Part shown: one piece after another, positions 1 to 8,989 of the stretch
Numbering within the stretch: position 1 is the first letter of the stretch
Layout: each line of letters opens with the position of its first letter
Source of the DNA: a virus
Taxonomy: Duplodnaviria; Heunggongvirae; Uroviricota; Caudoviricetes
IMG/VR virus record: IMGVR_UViG_3300009537_004349
Length of the DNA: 64,000 nt
Strand: one strand, 5' to 3'
Position numbers and translations under genes: made by a program
The notes under the pieces: model-generated
Databases searched by the model: none
What the model was told of the DNA's origin: nothing
The model's input: the letters and a program-made list of their open reading frames with translations, nothing else

Positions 1-551
1 AACTCTTTCCACTTATCATGACCCATCATCGGATGCATGCGAGTAGGCACTAATTCTCTAACAAAGCCAGCCTCTGCGGGCGGCGTGTAACCGAATGAGT
101 TCCAATCTTTCTCTCGTTGGTTCCACTCTTCCTCGGATACCTTCTCATCAGGGTCGGTGTTATTCCAGTAAGAATAGTCCTTTACAAAGCGCCTACGGAA
201 GAATTTCTGCTTGAAGTCAGCCTCACCTGAATACACAATCCCTATCGTGATATCTCTGATAGGATACAGAAATACAGAGAAACTTACATCATAGAGTGAC
301 CTTGTGCCACCTTGCTGCTCTTTGAAAGCTTGTTGTTCAACTTCCCAGATGCAATCCCAAAACTTGATGTCTTCCTTACCATGCATCACTTTTTGATTGT
401 CATACCTACTTACAGCACTCTTAACTATTCTGTCGGTTATTCTTCGCTCAGCCTCACGAAGTATTTGTTTTCTAAACTTATCTAATTTCTTATTTATGTC
501 CAGAAAATCTTGGCTGTCAATCTTAAAGCCATCAAATATCTTAGTGCTCAT
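1..551 (-). CDS. hypothetical protein; start at 551, C-terminal end lies beyond the window start
   Basis: Own translation of the minus strand: ATG at 549-551 (MSTKIFDGFKIDSQ...) stays open to position 1; not in the ORF track because it runs off the edge. Confidence 0.45.
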   Translation of the reverse strand, partial: MSTKIFDGFKIDSQDFLDINKKLDKFRKQILREAERRITDRIVKSAVSRYDNQKVMHGKEDIKFWDCIWEVEQQAFKEQQGGTRSLYDVSFSVFLYPIRDITIGIVYSGEADFKQKFFRRRFVKDYSYWNNTDPDEKVSEEEWNQREKDWNSFGYTPPAEAGFVRELVPTRMHPMMGHDKWKE

Positions 552-688
552 TGCTTTCTTCTTTCAACCTAACGAACTTATTTCGTATCTCTTGGTCAGA
601 CATTCCTTTCCATTCAGGATGTTTGTGACCAGCGTGCATTAAACAATCGAAGCCGCTCATTAACTTCTCGCCGCATTCACATTGCCAC

Positions 689-1039
689 TCAGGCTGCATG
701 GGCGTTGTCCTTCATATAATCGAGCATAACCTTCTGCCCTCTAATGACACCGTATATCCTAAGTCCGCCAGCAGAGGTTTGTTCATAGTCTAACTTAAGT
801 CCGTTCTTGAGTACACACTTATATAGATTGAAGACTGTAATAAACCTTCTGCCTCTCTCCTGCGATTCCTTAATTAGTGGCTCTACCTTTTCTAGTATCT
901 GAGTCCGAGTCTGCTCGTCCATGGCCTTTCTTGCTATGTCAAACTCTAGCTCAAGCCTGCTCCACATACAGCCATCGTTTGTATTGTGGCTTCCACCGCA
1001 GTACTCACATCGGCATTCATCGTAGTGTCCCATTACCAA
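689..1039 (-). CDS. hypothetical protein with Cys-rich N-terminus (CxCxxC...C)
   Basis: 116-aa ORF, co-directional with neighbours. Confidence 0.5.
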   Translation of the reverse strand: MVMGHYDECRCEYCGGSHNTNDGCMWSRLELEFDIARKAMDEQTRTQILEKVEPLIKESQERGRRFITVFNLYKCVLKNGLKLDYEQTSAGGLRIYGVIRGQKVMLDYMKDNAHAA

Positions 1040-1248
1040 TTCACTTTCCCACTGTATGGTGGTGGGTTGAGAGCGTATTCATTTAAGGCGTTATTGATGC
1101 TCTCACTTGCAAATCTATCCGCCCCAGTAGTTTTCTTTCCTGTTATGCACACATAACCTCTATAGTTGATTAAGGTTATGTCCCAGGTTAGGAATATTTT
1201 GTACAAGCTATGTACGGTCGAGTGTTCCATTTCTTTTCTCGTTGGCAC
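1033..1248 (-). CDS. hypothetical protein
   Basis: 71-aa ORF between tRNA and upstream gene; no motif. Confidence 0.3.
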   Translation of the reverse strand: MPTRKEMEHSTVHSLYKIFLTWDITLINYRGYVCITGKKTTGADRFASESINNALNEYALNPPPYSGKVNW

Positions 1249-1320
1249 CCCTGGAGAGATTCGAACTCCCGACCCCGTGGTCCGTAGCCACGTGCTCTCA
1301 TTCCGCTGAGCTACAGGGGT
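1243..1320 (-). tRNA. tRNA-Arg (anticodon ACG)
   Basis: Reverse complement gives ACCCCTG acceptor, TAGCTCAGCGG D-arm, anticodon arm CGTGG-CTACGGA-CCACG, GGTTCGAATCTC T-arm, encoded CCA. Confidence 0.75.
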
Positions 1321-1790
1321 TTATGTGTCGCTATGTCTTTGAGCCAGTCTGGAGGCTCTCGTCTTGTGTAAGTTAGCATCTTCTGCTTAGCACCTATGTA
1401 ATAGTTTCTATATGCCTGCACAGCACTCTCATGCTTAAATTCATCTGGCATAGCTTGAGCGAATGTAGTAAGCTCACCATCTGGTATGGTATCAGCCGAT
1501 GCACACAATATAATAGGAGTTGACTTATGTCTTTTATCATATCGAAATGTGTATTCGGTAAGCAGGGAGACACCTAACTGCTGAAGCCAATAGAAATTTC
1601 CCTTAGTCTTTCTTGTCCAGATACTAGAAGGATGATTTTTATGAGTAGCCTTATATCCATAGCTTCCACCTGTAAGTCTCACTGCCGTAGATAGCAATTG
1701 AGCTGTTTCTAAAATCATCTTTACGACATGTTTATCGCAATGCATTTGGGCGGCTATTTCTGGGTCCTTGTCTAAAACAAATATGTTCAT
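1311..1790 (-). CDS. conserved phage protein (MNIFVLDKDP...CDKHVVKMILETAQLL N-terminal motif), function unknown
   Basis: 159-aa ORF; N-terminal motif recalled as recurring in phage and giant-virus proteins but family not identified; stop is the TAG inside the tRNA D-arm. Confidence 0.55.
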   Translation of the reverse strand: MNIFVLDKDPEIAAQMHCDKHVVKMILETAQLLSTAVRLTGGSYGYKATHKNHPSSIWTRKTKGNFYWLQQLGVSLLTEYTFRYDKRHKSTPIILCASADTIPDGELTTFAQAMPDEFKHESAVQAYRNYYIGAKQKMLTYTRREPPDWLKDIATHKPL

Positions 1791-1993
1791 TCATCATCTT
1801 TTACACTTAATGGAACAAACTCTATTTGACCAGTGCTAAGCATCCTCTTTACATAAGGACAGCACATTCCGCAGCCTAAGCCGAAGTCGATGTGTTCTTG
1901 TAGGTCTTCGATGGTTGAACAGCCGTGTTCCTCGGCTATCTTTTTCAACTCTTCGAAGGGTACATCAAAACAAACACATCTGTTTACACTCAT
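1787..1993 (-). CDS. BFD-like [2Fe-2S]-binding domain protein
   Basis: 68 aa; Cys pattern C-x-C...C-x-x-C (CVCFD...CGMCCPYV) typical of the bacterioferritin-associated ferredoxin fold. Confidence 0.55.
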   Translation of the reverse strand: MSVNRCVCFDVPFEELKKIAEEHGCSTIEDLQEHIDFGLGCGMCCPYVKRMLSTGQIEFVPLSVKDDE

Positions 1994-2385
1994 GGTTCTC
2001 CGAGATAGTCTTTAGCTTTCCTTGTTGCCTCTCGTAGTTGCGTGATTCCAATTTCGTTGTTAACAAACTTGACCACTGCTCCAGCTAAAGCAGAAAGCTC
2101 TTGTCTCAAGTCATAGTTTTGGACTTTAAGCTTGTCTACTTCATCAGCAGAAGCCTTCTTGCTCAAAATTTGATATTCTTTGCCATCGATAGTAATCGAT
2201 ATATCTCTATTAACCAGACTCTTTCTAACTTGCTCCGCTACTGCCGGGGTCTTTAGAACCTTTAGTAGCAGTTCACTTGCTAAATCTTTCATCTTACATC
2301 CCAATCTGAATTTTTGTTGGTGCTTCGACATTGCTTGGGTCATAGCCAGTAGGGCAATACCTTTTAATAATTCTGGCTTCGACAT
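1990..2385 (-). CDS. hypothetical protein
   Basis: 131-aa ORF; 92-bp overlap with the next gene suggests an internal start (Met15 or Met19). Confidence 0.45.
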   Translation of the reverse strand: MSKPELLKGIALLAMTQAMSKHQQKFRLGCKMKDLASELLLKVLKTPAVAEQVRKSLVNRDISITIDGKEYQILSKKASADEVDKLKVQNYDLRQELSALAGAVVKFVNNEIGITQLREATRKAKDYLGEP

Positions 2386-2794
2386 CTTTTATGCTCCTCC
2401 AAAACTCTTTGTTTTTGTGCCAATCGTCTCCGTCACCATTATTCTTAGCCGCAAGGAGCACATGTCCAAGCTCGTGGAATATGGCACTGTGAGCAAAGCA
2501 CTTATGAACTTTAAGGAAGATTACTTTTTCCTCAGCTACCGTAAGCCCATCTGCTACTACTATATTTCCTTCTTCGTTATATCTAGCAAACCACGCTGAG
2601 CTGAACACAAAGTCCCAACCCAACACCGTATGATGGTCAGTGTTTCTAAGTGCCTCTTGCACCAAAAGCCTTAACTCATTCTCAGTCGCTGTATGTTCCG
2701 CCTGTCTGTCGTAAACATCAACACCGTTAACTTGAAAGGTTGCACAGCCCGTCAAGAGCTGTGCAACCAATATTACATGGAGGACTCTCTTCAT
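2294..2794 (-). CDS. putative lipoprotein zinc metallopeptidase (HExxH)
   Basis: Signal peptide plus lipobox (LLTGCAT); HELGH motif. Confidence 0.55.
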   Translation of the reverse strand: MKRVLHVILVAQLLTGCATFQVNGVDVYDRQAEHTATENELRLLVQEALRNTDHHTVLGWDFVFSSAWFARYNEEGNIVVADGLTVAEEKVIFLKVHKCFAHSAIFHELGHVLLAAKNNGDGDDWHKNKEFWRSIKDVEARIIKRYCPTGYDPSNVEAPTKIQIGM

Positions 2795-2814
2795 TTACGT
2801 ATCTTTCTTTCGTT

Positions 2815-2891
2815 TGGTGCTCCCTGGGGGAATTGAACCCGCCATCTTAGGGGTGAAAATCCTAGATCCTGAGCCATTAGACGAAGGGAGC
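2815..2891 (-). tRNA. tRNA-Glu (anticodon UUC), tentative
   Basis: Reverse complement GCTCCCT acceptor, anticodon loop TTTTCAC, T-loop TTCAATT, encoded CCA; one mismatch in T-stem. Confidence 0.6.
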
Positions 2892-2893
2892 GT

Positions 2894-3340
2894 TTATCGC
2901 ATGGCACCTAATTTTGACGATGCTGTCGCACTGTAAGCTGAGTTGTTCAATAGGAACTCATTCATCCAGTACCAGTTGTCTTTCATATAGCAATTGTACT
3001 GGTCTTGGTCTAGCACAATCGTGTCATCTGATGTAAGCTCTAACATTTCAAGAACAGTGTCGTATTCCTTCAACTGATTCTTGGGTACCTTTAAAGACTG
3101 TAGGGGATGCTTCTTCAAACTAGGTGAAGGCAACTTGGTCTTATCCAGTTCACCTAGTTTATCTGCTAGAATGCCCTCTGTCTCTCGGACAGCCTCAACA
3201 AATGCCTTGCGGTATCCTTCAACTGCCTCGTTATAAATCGTTTCGTGTTCTTCCCTGTTCTTCTTTAGAGTTTCAACCACAGTTGCCTTGCTGAAACTCA
3301 TGCTGATGCTGGACGATGCCATCATATCTCTCCTTGCCAT
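2894..3340 (-). CDS. hypothetical protein
   Basis: 148-aa ORF. Confidence 0.5.
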   Translation of the reverse strand: MARRDMMASSSISMSFSKATVVETLKKNREEHETIYNEAVEGYRKAFVEAVRETEGILADKLGELDKTKLPSPSLKKHPLQSLKVPKNQLKEYDTVLEMLELTSDDTIVLDQDQYNCYMKDNWYWMNEFLLNNSAYSATASSKLGAMR

Positions 3341-3828
3341 TACTTACCTCTTAGAGATATACCGTGCTTTTTTAACAAAGCAAGCTCTTTTTTATTTAGC
3401 TTCTTGAGAAGGTCGGAGTGCTCCTGGCGCTCTCTTTCTCGTTTTCTTACTTCTGCTTGTTTACGCTGCTCTTTCCTTAGTCGTGCAGCATCCATCTTTT
3501 TATGTGCTTCCCACCAGGTTAGCAACTCATCAGATGGTTCTTCTAAGTCGTATGTACGCATCACCTCGCACAGAAGTCGAGTAGCTTTATCTAAATCTAT
3601 TTTAAGTTTTCTTTGCTTCTCTTCTTCTAGCTTCCTTTTCTCTTCAGCATTTCTACGCCAACGTGCCTCTTCTTCAGGCGTTGGGTCTACTCTACAAGGC
3701 ATGCTACTTTCCTTTCGCCAGATTCTTAGTTTTGAGATGTTCAGGTATCTTGAGTTTGAAATCAAACCACATTTGCCAATGCTTTTCGCATAGCATTGCT
3801 GGAACATCAAACTCAGCTTCTTGTTCAC
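3340..3828 (-). CDS. hypothetical highly charged coiled-coil protein
   Basis: 162-aa ORF rich in E/K/R heptad-like repeats. Confidence 0.5.
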   Translation of the reverse strand: MNKKLSLMFQQCYAKSIGKCGLISNSRYLNISKLRIWRKESSMPCRVDPTPEEEARWRRNAEEKRKLEEEKQRKLKIDLDKATRLLCEVMRTYDLEEPSDELLTWWEAHKKMDAARLRKEQRKQAEVRKRERERQEHSDLLKKLNKKELALLKKHGISLRGK

Positions 3829-3917
3829 AACCTTTGATTATACATCTCATGTCGCTACCCCTGTCGTTGCAAATGTGTCAAGCGACAGTCAAAGCGTATT
3901 CCCACCAACCCTGCGAC

Positions 3918-4193
3918 TCACGCTTTGGTATAAGTGTCTAAAGCCAATAGTGCCCATCGAGTATCAAGCTCACGGCACCAGTCGTTTATGTCACAAAAAT
4001 AAGAAGCATCTCCCTCTTGTTCCACATCTTTAGATGGGATTACAAGCTGAGGAAACACCGGGTCTATTGATACAATTACCGTGTTTCCTGACTCCCTAAT
4101 GTCAAAAGCCGTCTCTACATCCAATTCTCTGAGATGCTCAAACTGACTCTTCGACATATACAGAGAGTACGCTACTTTACTTGCTAAGTTCAT
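3918..4193 (-). CDS. hypothetical protein
   Basis: 91-aa ORF. Confidence 0.45.
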   Translation of the reverse strand: MNLASKVAYSLYMSKSQFEHLRELDVETAFDIRESGNTVIVSIDPVFPQLVIPSKDVEQEGDASYFCDINDWCRELDTRWALLALDTYTKA

Positions 4194-4407
4194 CTGTATG
4201 CCTTTCGCTACTACCGTATGAGATATTGCTCCACACTCTCTCGTGTATATAATACACTATGGTGGAAACTATATTTGCCCATATCATTACTTCTATTGAG
4301 GTCTTTAAGTTCCCTAAAACCATGTATGTTGTTATGGAACCTGCAACTAAAGCAACCATTCTCCATGATACTGCTTTAGCTATAGACCTTTTCTTTGTTT
4401 CTTTCAT
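4177..4407 (-). CDS. hypothetical membrane protein
   Basis: 76 aa with two hydrophobic segments. Confidence 0.45.
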   Translation of the reverse strand: MKETKKRSIAKAVSWRMVALVAGSITTYMVLGNLKTSIEVMIWANIVSTIVYYIHERVWSNISYGSSERHTDELSK

Positions 4408-4414
4408 TTCGATT

Positions 4415-4492
4415 TGGTGGGGCCGGAAGGACTCGAACCCTCGACCACAAACAGGTTAAAAGCCTGGTGCTCTGCCGCTGAGCTACGACCCC
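4415..4492 (-). tRNA. tRNA-Lys (anticodon UUU)
   Basis: Reverse complement GGGGTCG acceptor, TAGCTCAGCGG D-arm, anticodon loop CTTTTAA, GGTTCGAGTCC T-arm, CCA; long (8-nt) variable region. Confidence 0.65.
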
Positions 4493-4512
4493 ATTGAGTC
4501 GCAGCATAAAGC

Positions 4513-4722
4513 TTAGCAACAGCCGTTCTCACATCTTCCTAGAGCGGAATTAACGGCGCCATCTACAATTTCCCCTACGTCTAGTAGTTCGCGTAGTTCA
4601 TATTGCAAACGTTTACGCCCTTCTTTCAATCCCAGCTCATACCAGTAAGTACGACTATTATCATACTCTTGCTGCGTCATTGATATGCGTTTAGTACGTT
4701 TGCTTTTTTTCTTAGTAGCCAT
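4513..4722 (-). CDS. hypothetical basic protein
   Basis: 69-aa ORF. Confidence 0.4.
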   Translation of the reverse strand: MATKKKSKRTKRISMTQQEYDNSRTYWYELGLKEGRKRLQYELRELLDVGEIVDGAVNSALGRCENGCC

Positions 4723-4723
4723 T

Positions 4724-5245
4724 TTACCACTCCAAATTACGAAACTCGTCCAGCACTTCTTGTGCCTTCTCCTTAGATAAATCTATATGTTGCATGCCTG
4801 GTTGCCCGCGCTGTTGCACTTTGTATGGTCTTCCTGCCACCATAACTGACAATGTGTAGTCACTCATCGGTGTAAAACAGTGCCACGCAGATGGGTTTGT
4901 CATCTCATATTTACACCCTGGATTTAATATCAGAGTGCTAACGAGATAAATCTCCAAGCATAATTCTAACTTATACGTTCCTTTGGCCACATACATAGCC
5001 GCCTCACATGGATGGCTGTGTGCCTCTGGTTCTCCTACATTATATCCTCTGTGCAGGAAAATGTCAAACAATTCTTCCCCAACCTGAATAGTCTTCTTTA
5101 ATCTTTCTAGCCTGGGTGCCGATTCGATTATAGTTGCGCTCCAGTCATCTAAGTCAGACTGGAGGATGTTGGGCATATCCTTAAGAACTTTGTCCAGGAT
5201 ATCCAACATTACTGGTTCCTTGTAATCTTTACTACTGGTTCGCAT
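4724..5245 (-). CDS. hypothetical protein (possible cupin-like metal site HxH...H)
   Basis: 173-aa ORF; HRGYNVGEPEAHSHP segment. Confidence 0.45.
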   Translation of the reverse strand: MRTSSKDYKEPVMLDILDKVLKDMPNILQSDLDDWSATIIESAPRLERLKKTIQVGEELFDIFLHRGYNVGEPEAHSHPCEAAMYVAKGTYKLELCLEIYLVSTLILNPGCKYEMTNPSAWHCFTPMSDYTLSVMVAGRPYKVQQRGQPGMQHIDLSKEKAQEVLDEFRNLEW

Positions 5246-5499
5246 GGAACTTGTACAACGCCATGAGTATTCTTAGTTACAAAGAAACATAAGTCCGTTC
5301 TACTATCCCATACATAATGCCCCTGGTCGCCTGCTGGGATTTTGATAACCCCGTCGTTGGGCAGCTCTTCTGAACCCTCAATAACAGTAGCTGGTTCTGG
5401 TGTCTTAGCTTCTGCCACTGCAATAATTGTCCCAATTGCACCCATAGATACTAATGCTCCAAGGATACAAAACATTATCACTTCTTTTTCACGTTTCAT
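5209..5499 (-). CDS. hypothetical secreted or membrane-anchored protein
   Basis: 96 aa with N-terminal hydrophobic signal-like segment. Confidence 0.45.
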   Translation of the reverse strand: MKREKEVIMFCILGALVSMGAIGTIIAVAEAKTPEPATVIEGSEELPNDGVIKIPAGDQGHYVWDSRTDLCFFVTKNTHGVVQVPCEPVVKITRNQ

Positions 5500-5967
5500 C
5501 TAAAATCCCTTTCGAAGCTTATATCGCCACATCAAAAATTTACAAGTATCCCTAAACATTATTCTAAATGATGGACGATTACCTGCTCCATATGCAGTAT
5601 CCAGTCGCCAGTTTATATATGTAAATGACGCTATGGGTAAAAAAGGAAATCTTTTCCACCATCCTATCTTACAAATAACAAAATAGAATAGCACTGCCTC
5701 TCTAGCTATTATCAATCCTTCTCGAAACCTGCCCATAAACCTTTTCTGGGATGAGCCTTTTTGCATCTTTCAATATAATCCCTTCGACTGGGCAACCTGT
5801 CTCTAACACAATGAGTAATGCTTGCATATCCACAGGCTATAGTTGAACTCATCTTTTCTGGCTCTGCTCCTGCCAACATAGCATCAAGCAATATCCAGTT
5901 TTCCATCCAGCAGAGAGTGTCCACAATAGCAAAAATAAAATCTAATTCGTCATCAGGACTCTTAAAA

Positions 5968-6261
5968 TTATCGCTCACGGGACTTTCTATACTCTGCGCA
6001 TTTCTGCATGAACTCGCACCATTCAGGAGGCGTGTGGTCAAGTTTGATACCATCTTCCAAAACCTGCCAAAGCTCTTCATCATTCTCCCAACACATCTCA
6101 TGACCAGTTTGCTCTCTGTGCTTTTTGATGGCATTCTCTAATTCTTTAATCCTGCCAATCATCCAAGCCGTCTCTTCGCAGTGATGAGCATCGAGTCGCT
6201 TGTATCTTTCTTCCCATGACAAACTGGGGTCATCTACATATTTCTTGATAGGAATTTTCAT
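5968..6261 (-). CDS. hypothetical protein
   Basis: 97-aa ORF with protein-like composition; overlapping ORF 5712..6134 judged less likely. Confidence 0.4.
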   Translation of the reverse strand: MKIPIKKYVDDPSLSWEERYKRLDAHHCEETAWMIGRIKELENAIKKHREQTGHEMCWENDEELWQVLEDGIKLDHTPPEWCEFMQKCAEYRKSRER

Positions 6262-6848
6262 TAGTATCTCTTTTCAGAAATCATCCTGCCAGAATCAAAC
6301 TTGCGTTCCCATCTAGGAGAGCCATCTTCATACCAACCCATATCTCTTCCATGTTGTCTGCCCTCTACCCATTCATGTTCGCTCTTCTTTACACCATTCT
6401 CATAATAGTGCCGAAAGATAATATGGTCAGAGCCGTCTAGGAATTCCATCGTGGCAAGTCTTTCGAACTTATCATCACGATAGTATACTTCATTTTCGTT
6501 CTTGTATTCGGCTATACCAGAAAGGATTTTGATGAATGCTTCAGTGATAAGCTCATCATTAATCGCTTGAACGTAACCCTTCTTAACTTTAGAGGCAATA
6601 AGTTTCTTAGCCTCTCGTTCACATTGGTCTTCGCTGTAATACTTCTTGGTATTAGACTGCCCAATGGTTCCTATTCTTCCCCAGTGAGTAGTAAACTCTT
6701 TTCCATTCGTTTCAAGGTTCCAGAACTTGTTAGACCTAGCATCCTGGAAAACTAGTGATGCACTTGCCATCGTATTGCCTTTCGTTTGAAGCTGCCACCA
6801 CTGCTCTCGGATAGCTATAGGGACTTTAACTCCTGCCAGACTCGTCAT
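6261..6848 (-). CDS. WGR-domain protein with C-terminal MORN repeats
   Basis: WGRIGTIGQ...KKLIASKVKKGY (WGR); C-terminal YYENG...W.EG..HG...W.EDG repeats (MORN). Confidence 0.55.
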   Translation of the reverse strand: MTSLAGVKVPIAIREQWWQLQTKGNTMASASLVFQDARSNKFWNLETNGKEFTTHWGRIGTIGQSNTKKYYSEDQCEREAKKLIASKVKKGYVQAINDELITEAFIKILSGIAEYKNENEVYYRDDKFERLATMEFLDGSDHIIFRHYYENGVKKSEHEWVEGRQHGRDMGWYEDGSPRWERKFDSGRMISEKRY

Positions 6849-6911
6849 TAGGCACTGGCTTCCTGCTGCTTACTAATGAGTAGCGCTACCTCTCATTTTC
6901 AGACAGCTGAT

Positions 6912-6990
6912 TATTCGATTGGTCTGGGTAGAGGGATTCGAACCCCCGACCCCCTGCTCCCAAAGCAGGTGCTCTAGCCAGACTGAGCTA
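6912..6990 (-). tRNA. tRNA-Pro (anticodon UGG)
   Basis: Reverse complement TCTGGGT acceptor, TAGCTCAGTCTGG D-arm, loop TTTGGGA, T-arm GGTTCGAATCC, CCA. Confidence 0.7.
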
Positions 6991-6998
6991 CACCCAGA

Positions 6999-7586
6999 TT
7001 ATTTATTTACACTATCGTAACATCTACGCCAAATCATAGTATACATTCTGCCTTCGACCGTATAGTCGGTGGGCAAGTCTTGTAACAAAGCCCAATCTGT
7101 AAACATGTACTCTATGTTGTGCGCTTCTTGCTGAGAATGAAATCCGCTTATTTCCAAGTAACGGTCGACTATAAAGTGTATTATCTCATGCTGAGCTATA
7201 TTGTATCTATCCATACATTGCATGAGAGGAGTTATGTTGGCCCCCTGTCTTAGATTAACAGTAGCTCCATCACAACAATATCCGCCGCCGTAAGTAGTTG
7301 ACCAGTTAGCCCACTTGTACTCTAAACTGAAATCATGTTCTTCAGCTAAGGCAGACATGTCTAGACCAGGATAATAAAAGTTTACCTCATACTCTAGAGT
7401 ATGAACGACCCAAGATAAAGTCACAGGGTCTATTTCCATAAATCTGCTCTCTTCTATAACACATATACCTTCTATATCATAGTCACAGAAAGATATTTCT
7501 TTTGGCTTTGGTACCGGTTCTTCTGCTGGCTCTTGTCCACACGCCGCAAGCATCAGTGCCAGTAGCACATATTTTGCTTTATACAC
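6999..7586 (-). CDS. putative lipoprotein zinc metallopeptidase (HExxH)
   Basis: Lipobox LMLAACGQ; HEIIH motif. Confidence 0.55.
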   Translation of the reverse strand: MYKAKYVLLALMLAACGQEPAEEPVPKPKEISFCDYDIEGICVIEESRFMEIDPVTLSWVVHTLEYEVNFYYPGLDMSALAEEHDFSLEYKWANWSTTYGGGYCCDGATVNLRQGANITPLMQCMDRYNIAQHEIIHFIVDRYLEISGFHSQQEAHNIEYMFTDWALLQDLPTDYTVEGRMYTMIWRRCYDSVNK

Positions 7587-7602
7587 TGTTGTATCCTAAA
7601 AG

Positions 7603-7854
7603 TCAAGCCCAAAAATCATGCACCCACTCACCCGAAGGATTATAATCAATGCCTTCTTGCAAACTATCAATAAAATCCTGCAATTTTATGTAGTTATTAT
7701 CTATCGTATGTAGTGGAGATTTTAGGCTGGGCGAACCACCAGTTATCGCTAAATCATTTTTATTGATTGATATATGTTCCGCAACACACCTACCATCAGC
7801 AAGCGCTTCATAGTAGTACGACTCCAACCATCTAGGCGACCGATGTACCTTCAT
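7603..7854 (-). CDS. hypothetical protein
   Basis: 83-aa ORF. Confidence 0.45.
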   Translation of the reverse strand: MKVHRSPRWLESYYYEALADGRCVAEHISINKNDLAITGGSPSLKSPLHTIDNNYIKLQDFIDSLQEGIDYNPSGEWVHDFWA

Positions 7855-8045
7855 TTGTTTTTAAGCCTTTCAAAGTACTCGTCCACTTTCATTGTGGAAC
7901 GCTCTGAGCCATAAAAAGCAGTGTGGGTAATCTTCCAACCAGTTCTGCTTAATCCCGCTCTCAGGGCTTTTATTTCAGCTTTTCGCTTTAAGACTTCGGC
8001 ATAGATGCCTGCGACGACACCATTAACTCCCCTGTGCTTTTCCAT
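7851..8045 (-). CDS. hypothetical protein
   Basis: 64-aa ORF, 4-nt overlap with downstream gene. Confidence 0.4.
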   Translation of the reverse strand: MEKHRGVNGVVAGIYAEVLKRKAEIKALRAGLSRTGWKITHTAFYGSERSTMKVDEYFERLKNK

Positions 8046-8215
8046 CTGAAATACTCCGTAAGCGTTAGTTCTATAAACTCATCAGCATCTTTGTGTTGCT
8101 TCAACCTCACTCTTATAGAGGTAAGGTCTCGCTTGTCAACCAGTGCATCCAAGTAAGTGTACAGTGCATGCTTTCCTTCAAACCGCCACATATTGTATAG
8201 TGCATGTTTATTCAT
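7988..8215 (-). CDS. hypothetical protein
   Basis: 75-aa ORF. Confidence 0.4.
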   Translation of the reverse strand: MNKHALYNMWRFEGKHALYTYLDALVDKRDLTSIRVRLKQHKDADEFIELTLTEYFRWKSTGELMVSSQASMPKS

Positions 8216-8544
8216 AGCGGTGAATCTATACTATCATGTAGGTGTGCATCGTCAGCATCAGGGACTTCTATATCCATAATTCTTGCCAACTCTTTATATG
8301 CATTCTCTACCATTCTCAGCTTTCTCTGGTCTAATATGAGCTTTAGCTTACTAAAGTCGTCAGAGAAATACTCTGGGCCAATTCTCACCTGTCTCATTTC
8401 ATAACTATCGTTATAACCTGTAGCTAACGAACGCCATGTGGACGGGTCAGCATCTTCATCTATCCACTCATAATACACTGATAGACTATACTCTTCAGGC
8501 GAAATGAAATAAAGCTTCTTCTTTCCTTTAGGTTTCTTACTCAT
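8212..8544 (-). CDS. hypothetical protein (start moved to Met36 downstream of the tRNA)
   Basis: Track ORF 8212..8649 starts inside tRNA-Leu; first ATG after the tRNA 3' end is at 8542-8544. Confidence 0.45.
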   Translation of the reverse strand: MSKKPKGKKKLYFISPEEYSLSVYYEWIDEDADPSTWRSLATGYNDSYEMRQVRIGPEYFSDDFSKLKLILDQRKLRMVENAYKELARIMDIEVPDADDAHLHDSIDSPL

Positions 8545-8911
8545 CGTCTTTCTCTTTGGTGCCTCTGACAGGATTCGAACCTGTAAGCCCTTTAGTGGGC
8601 ACTGGACTCTCATTCCAGCGTGTATGCCAGTTCCACCACAGAGGCTCATACGTCATAGTCCTGGCGTTATTTTCTGTCACTATGAAATCTATTAAACCCT
8701 GTAAGCTTATCTCTTCTCTTGTTTCAGCAGGGCGAGAATAAATACTAGGGTGGTCTACTTCAAAATAGACCCTTATGTGCTCTGCCCTGGTTTTCTTTTT
8801 CAACAGCGCTACATAAGTATTGTGCACTAAGTGTGGAGCAATCTTATGATAGTCTGTGTCTCTACCATAGTACTCTTTGATTATTTTATGCTTTCTGTAA
8901 TCAAATTCCAT
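8537..8911 (-). CDS. hypothetical protein; reading frame runs through tRNA-Leu
   Basis: 124-aa ORF with protein-like N-terminal 90 aa; C-terminal 36 codons are the tRNA sequence (no earlier stop). Confidence 0.4.
   Translation of the reverse strand: MEFDYRKHKIIKEYYGRDTDYHKIAPHLVHNTYVALLKKKTRAEHIRVYFEVDHPSIYSRPAETREEISLQGLIDFIVTENNARTMTYEPLWWNWHTRWNESPVPTKGLTGSNPVRGTKEKDDE
8557..8645 (-). tRNA. tRNA-Leu (anticodon GAG), type II with long variable arm
   Basis: 89 nt; GCCTCTG acceptor, anticodon arm CTGGA-ATGAGAG-TCCAG, variable arm, GGTTCGAATCC, CCA. Confidence 0.65.
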
Positions 8912-8914
8912 CTT

Positions 8915-8989
8915 GGTGCCCTTACGGGGATTCGAACCCGCGATTGCCTGATTGAGAGTCAGGTAGCCTGGCCATTAGCTGATAAGGGC
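8915..8989 (-). tRNA. tRNA-Glu (anticodon CUC)
   Basis: GCCCTTA acceptor, D-stem AGCT/GGCT, anticodon arm CCTGA-CTCTCAA-TCAGG, GGTTCGAATCC, CCA. Confidence 0.65.

Noticed and set aside
397-642. Plus-strand ORFs in the six-frame track (e.g. 397..642, 877..1086, 2180..2599, 3404..3793, 12024..12326, 16177..16692, 19004..19558, 40959..41483, 45240..45464, 51073..51306 and the other '+' entries)
   Set aside because: Each lies antisense within a longer minus-strand ORF or tRNA. All 28 tRNAs and every recognisable homologue are on the minus strand; compositions are low-complexity/antisense-like. Treated as spurious.
541-660. 39-aa minus-strand ORF (MSGFDCLMHAGHKHPEWKGMSDQEIRNKFVRLKEESNEH) between the partial first gene and 689..1039
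   Set aside because: Fills an intergenic gap and has an ATGA-type overlap with the next start, but it is too short and featureless to call.
5500-6134. ORFs 5500..5766 and 5712..6134
   Set aside because: W/R-rich, overlap each other and the more protein-like ORF 5968..6261; probably out-of-frame artefacts. Not listed as features.
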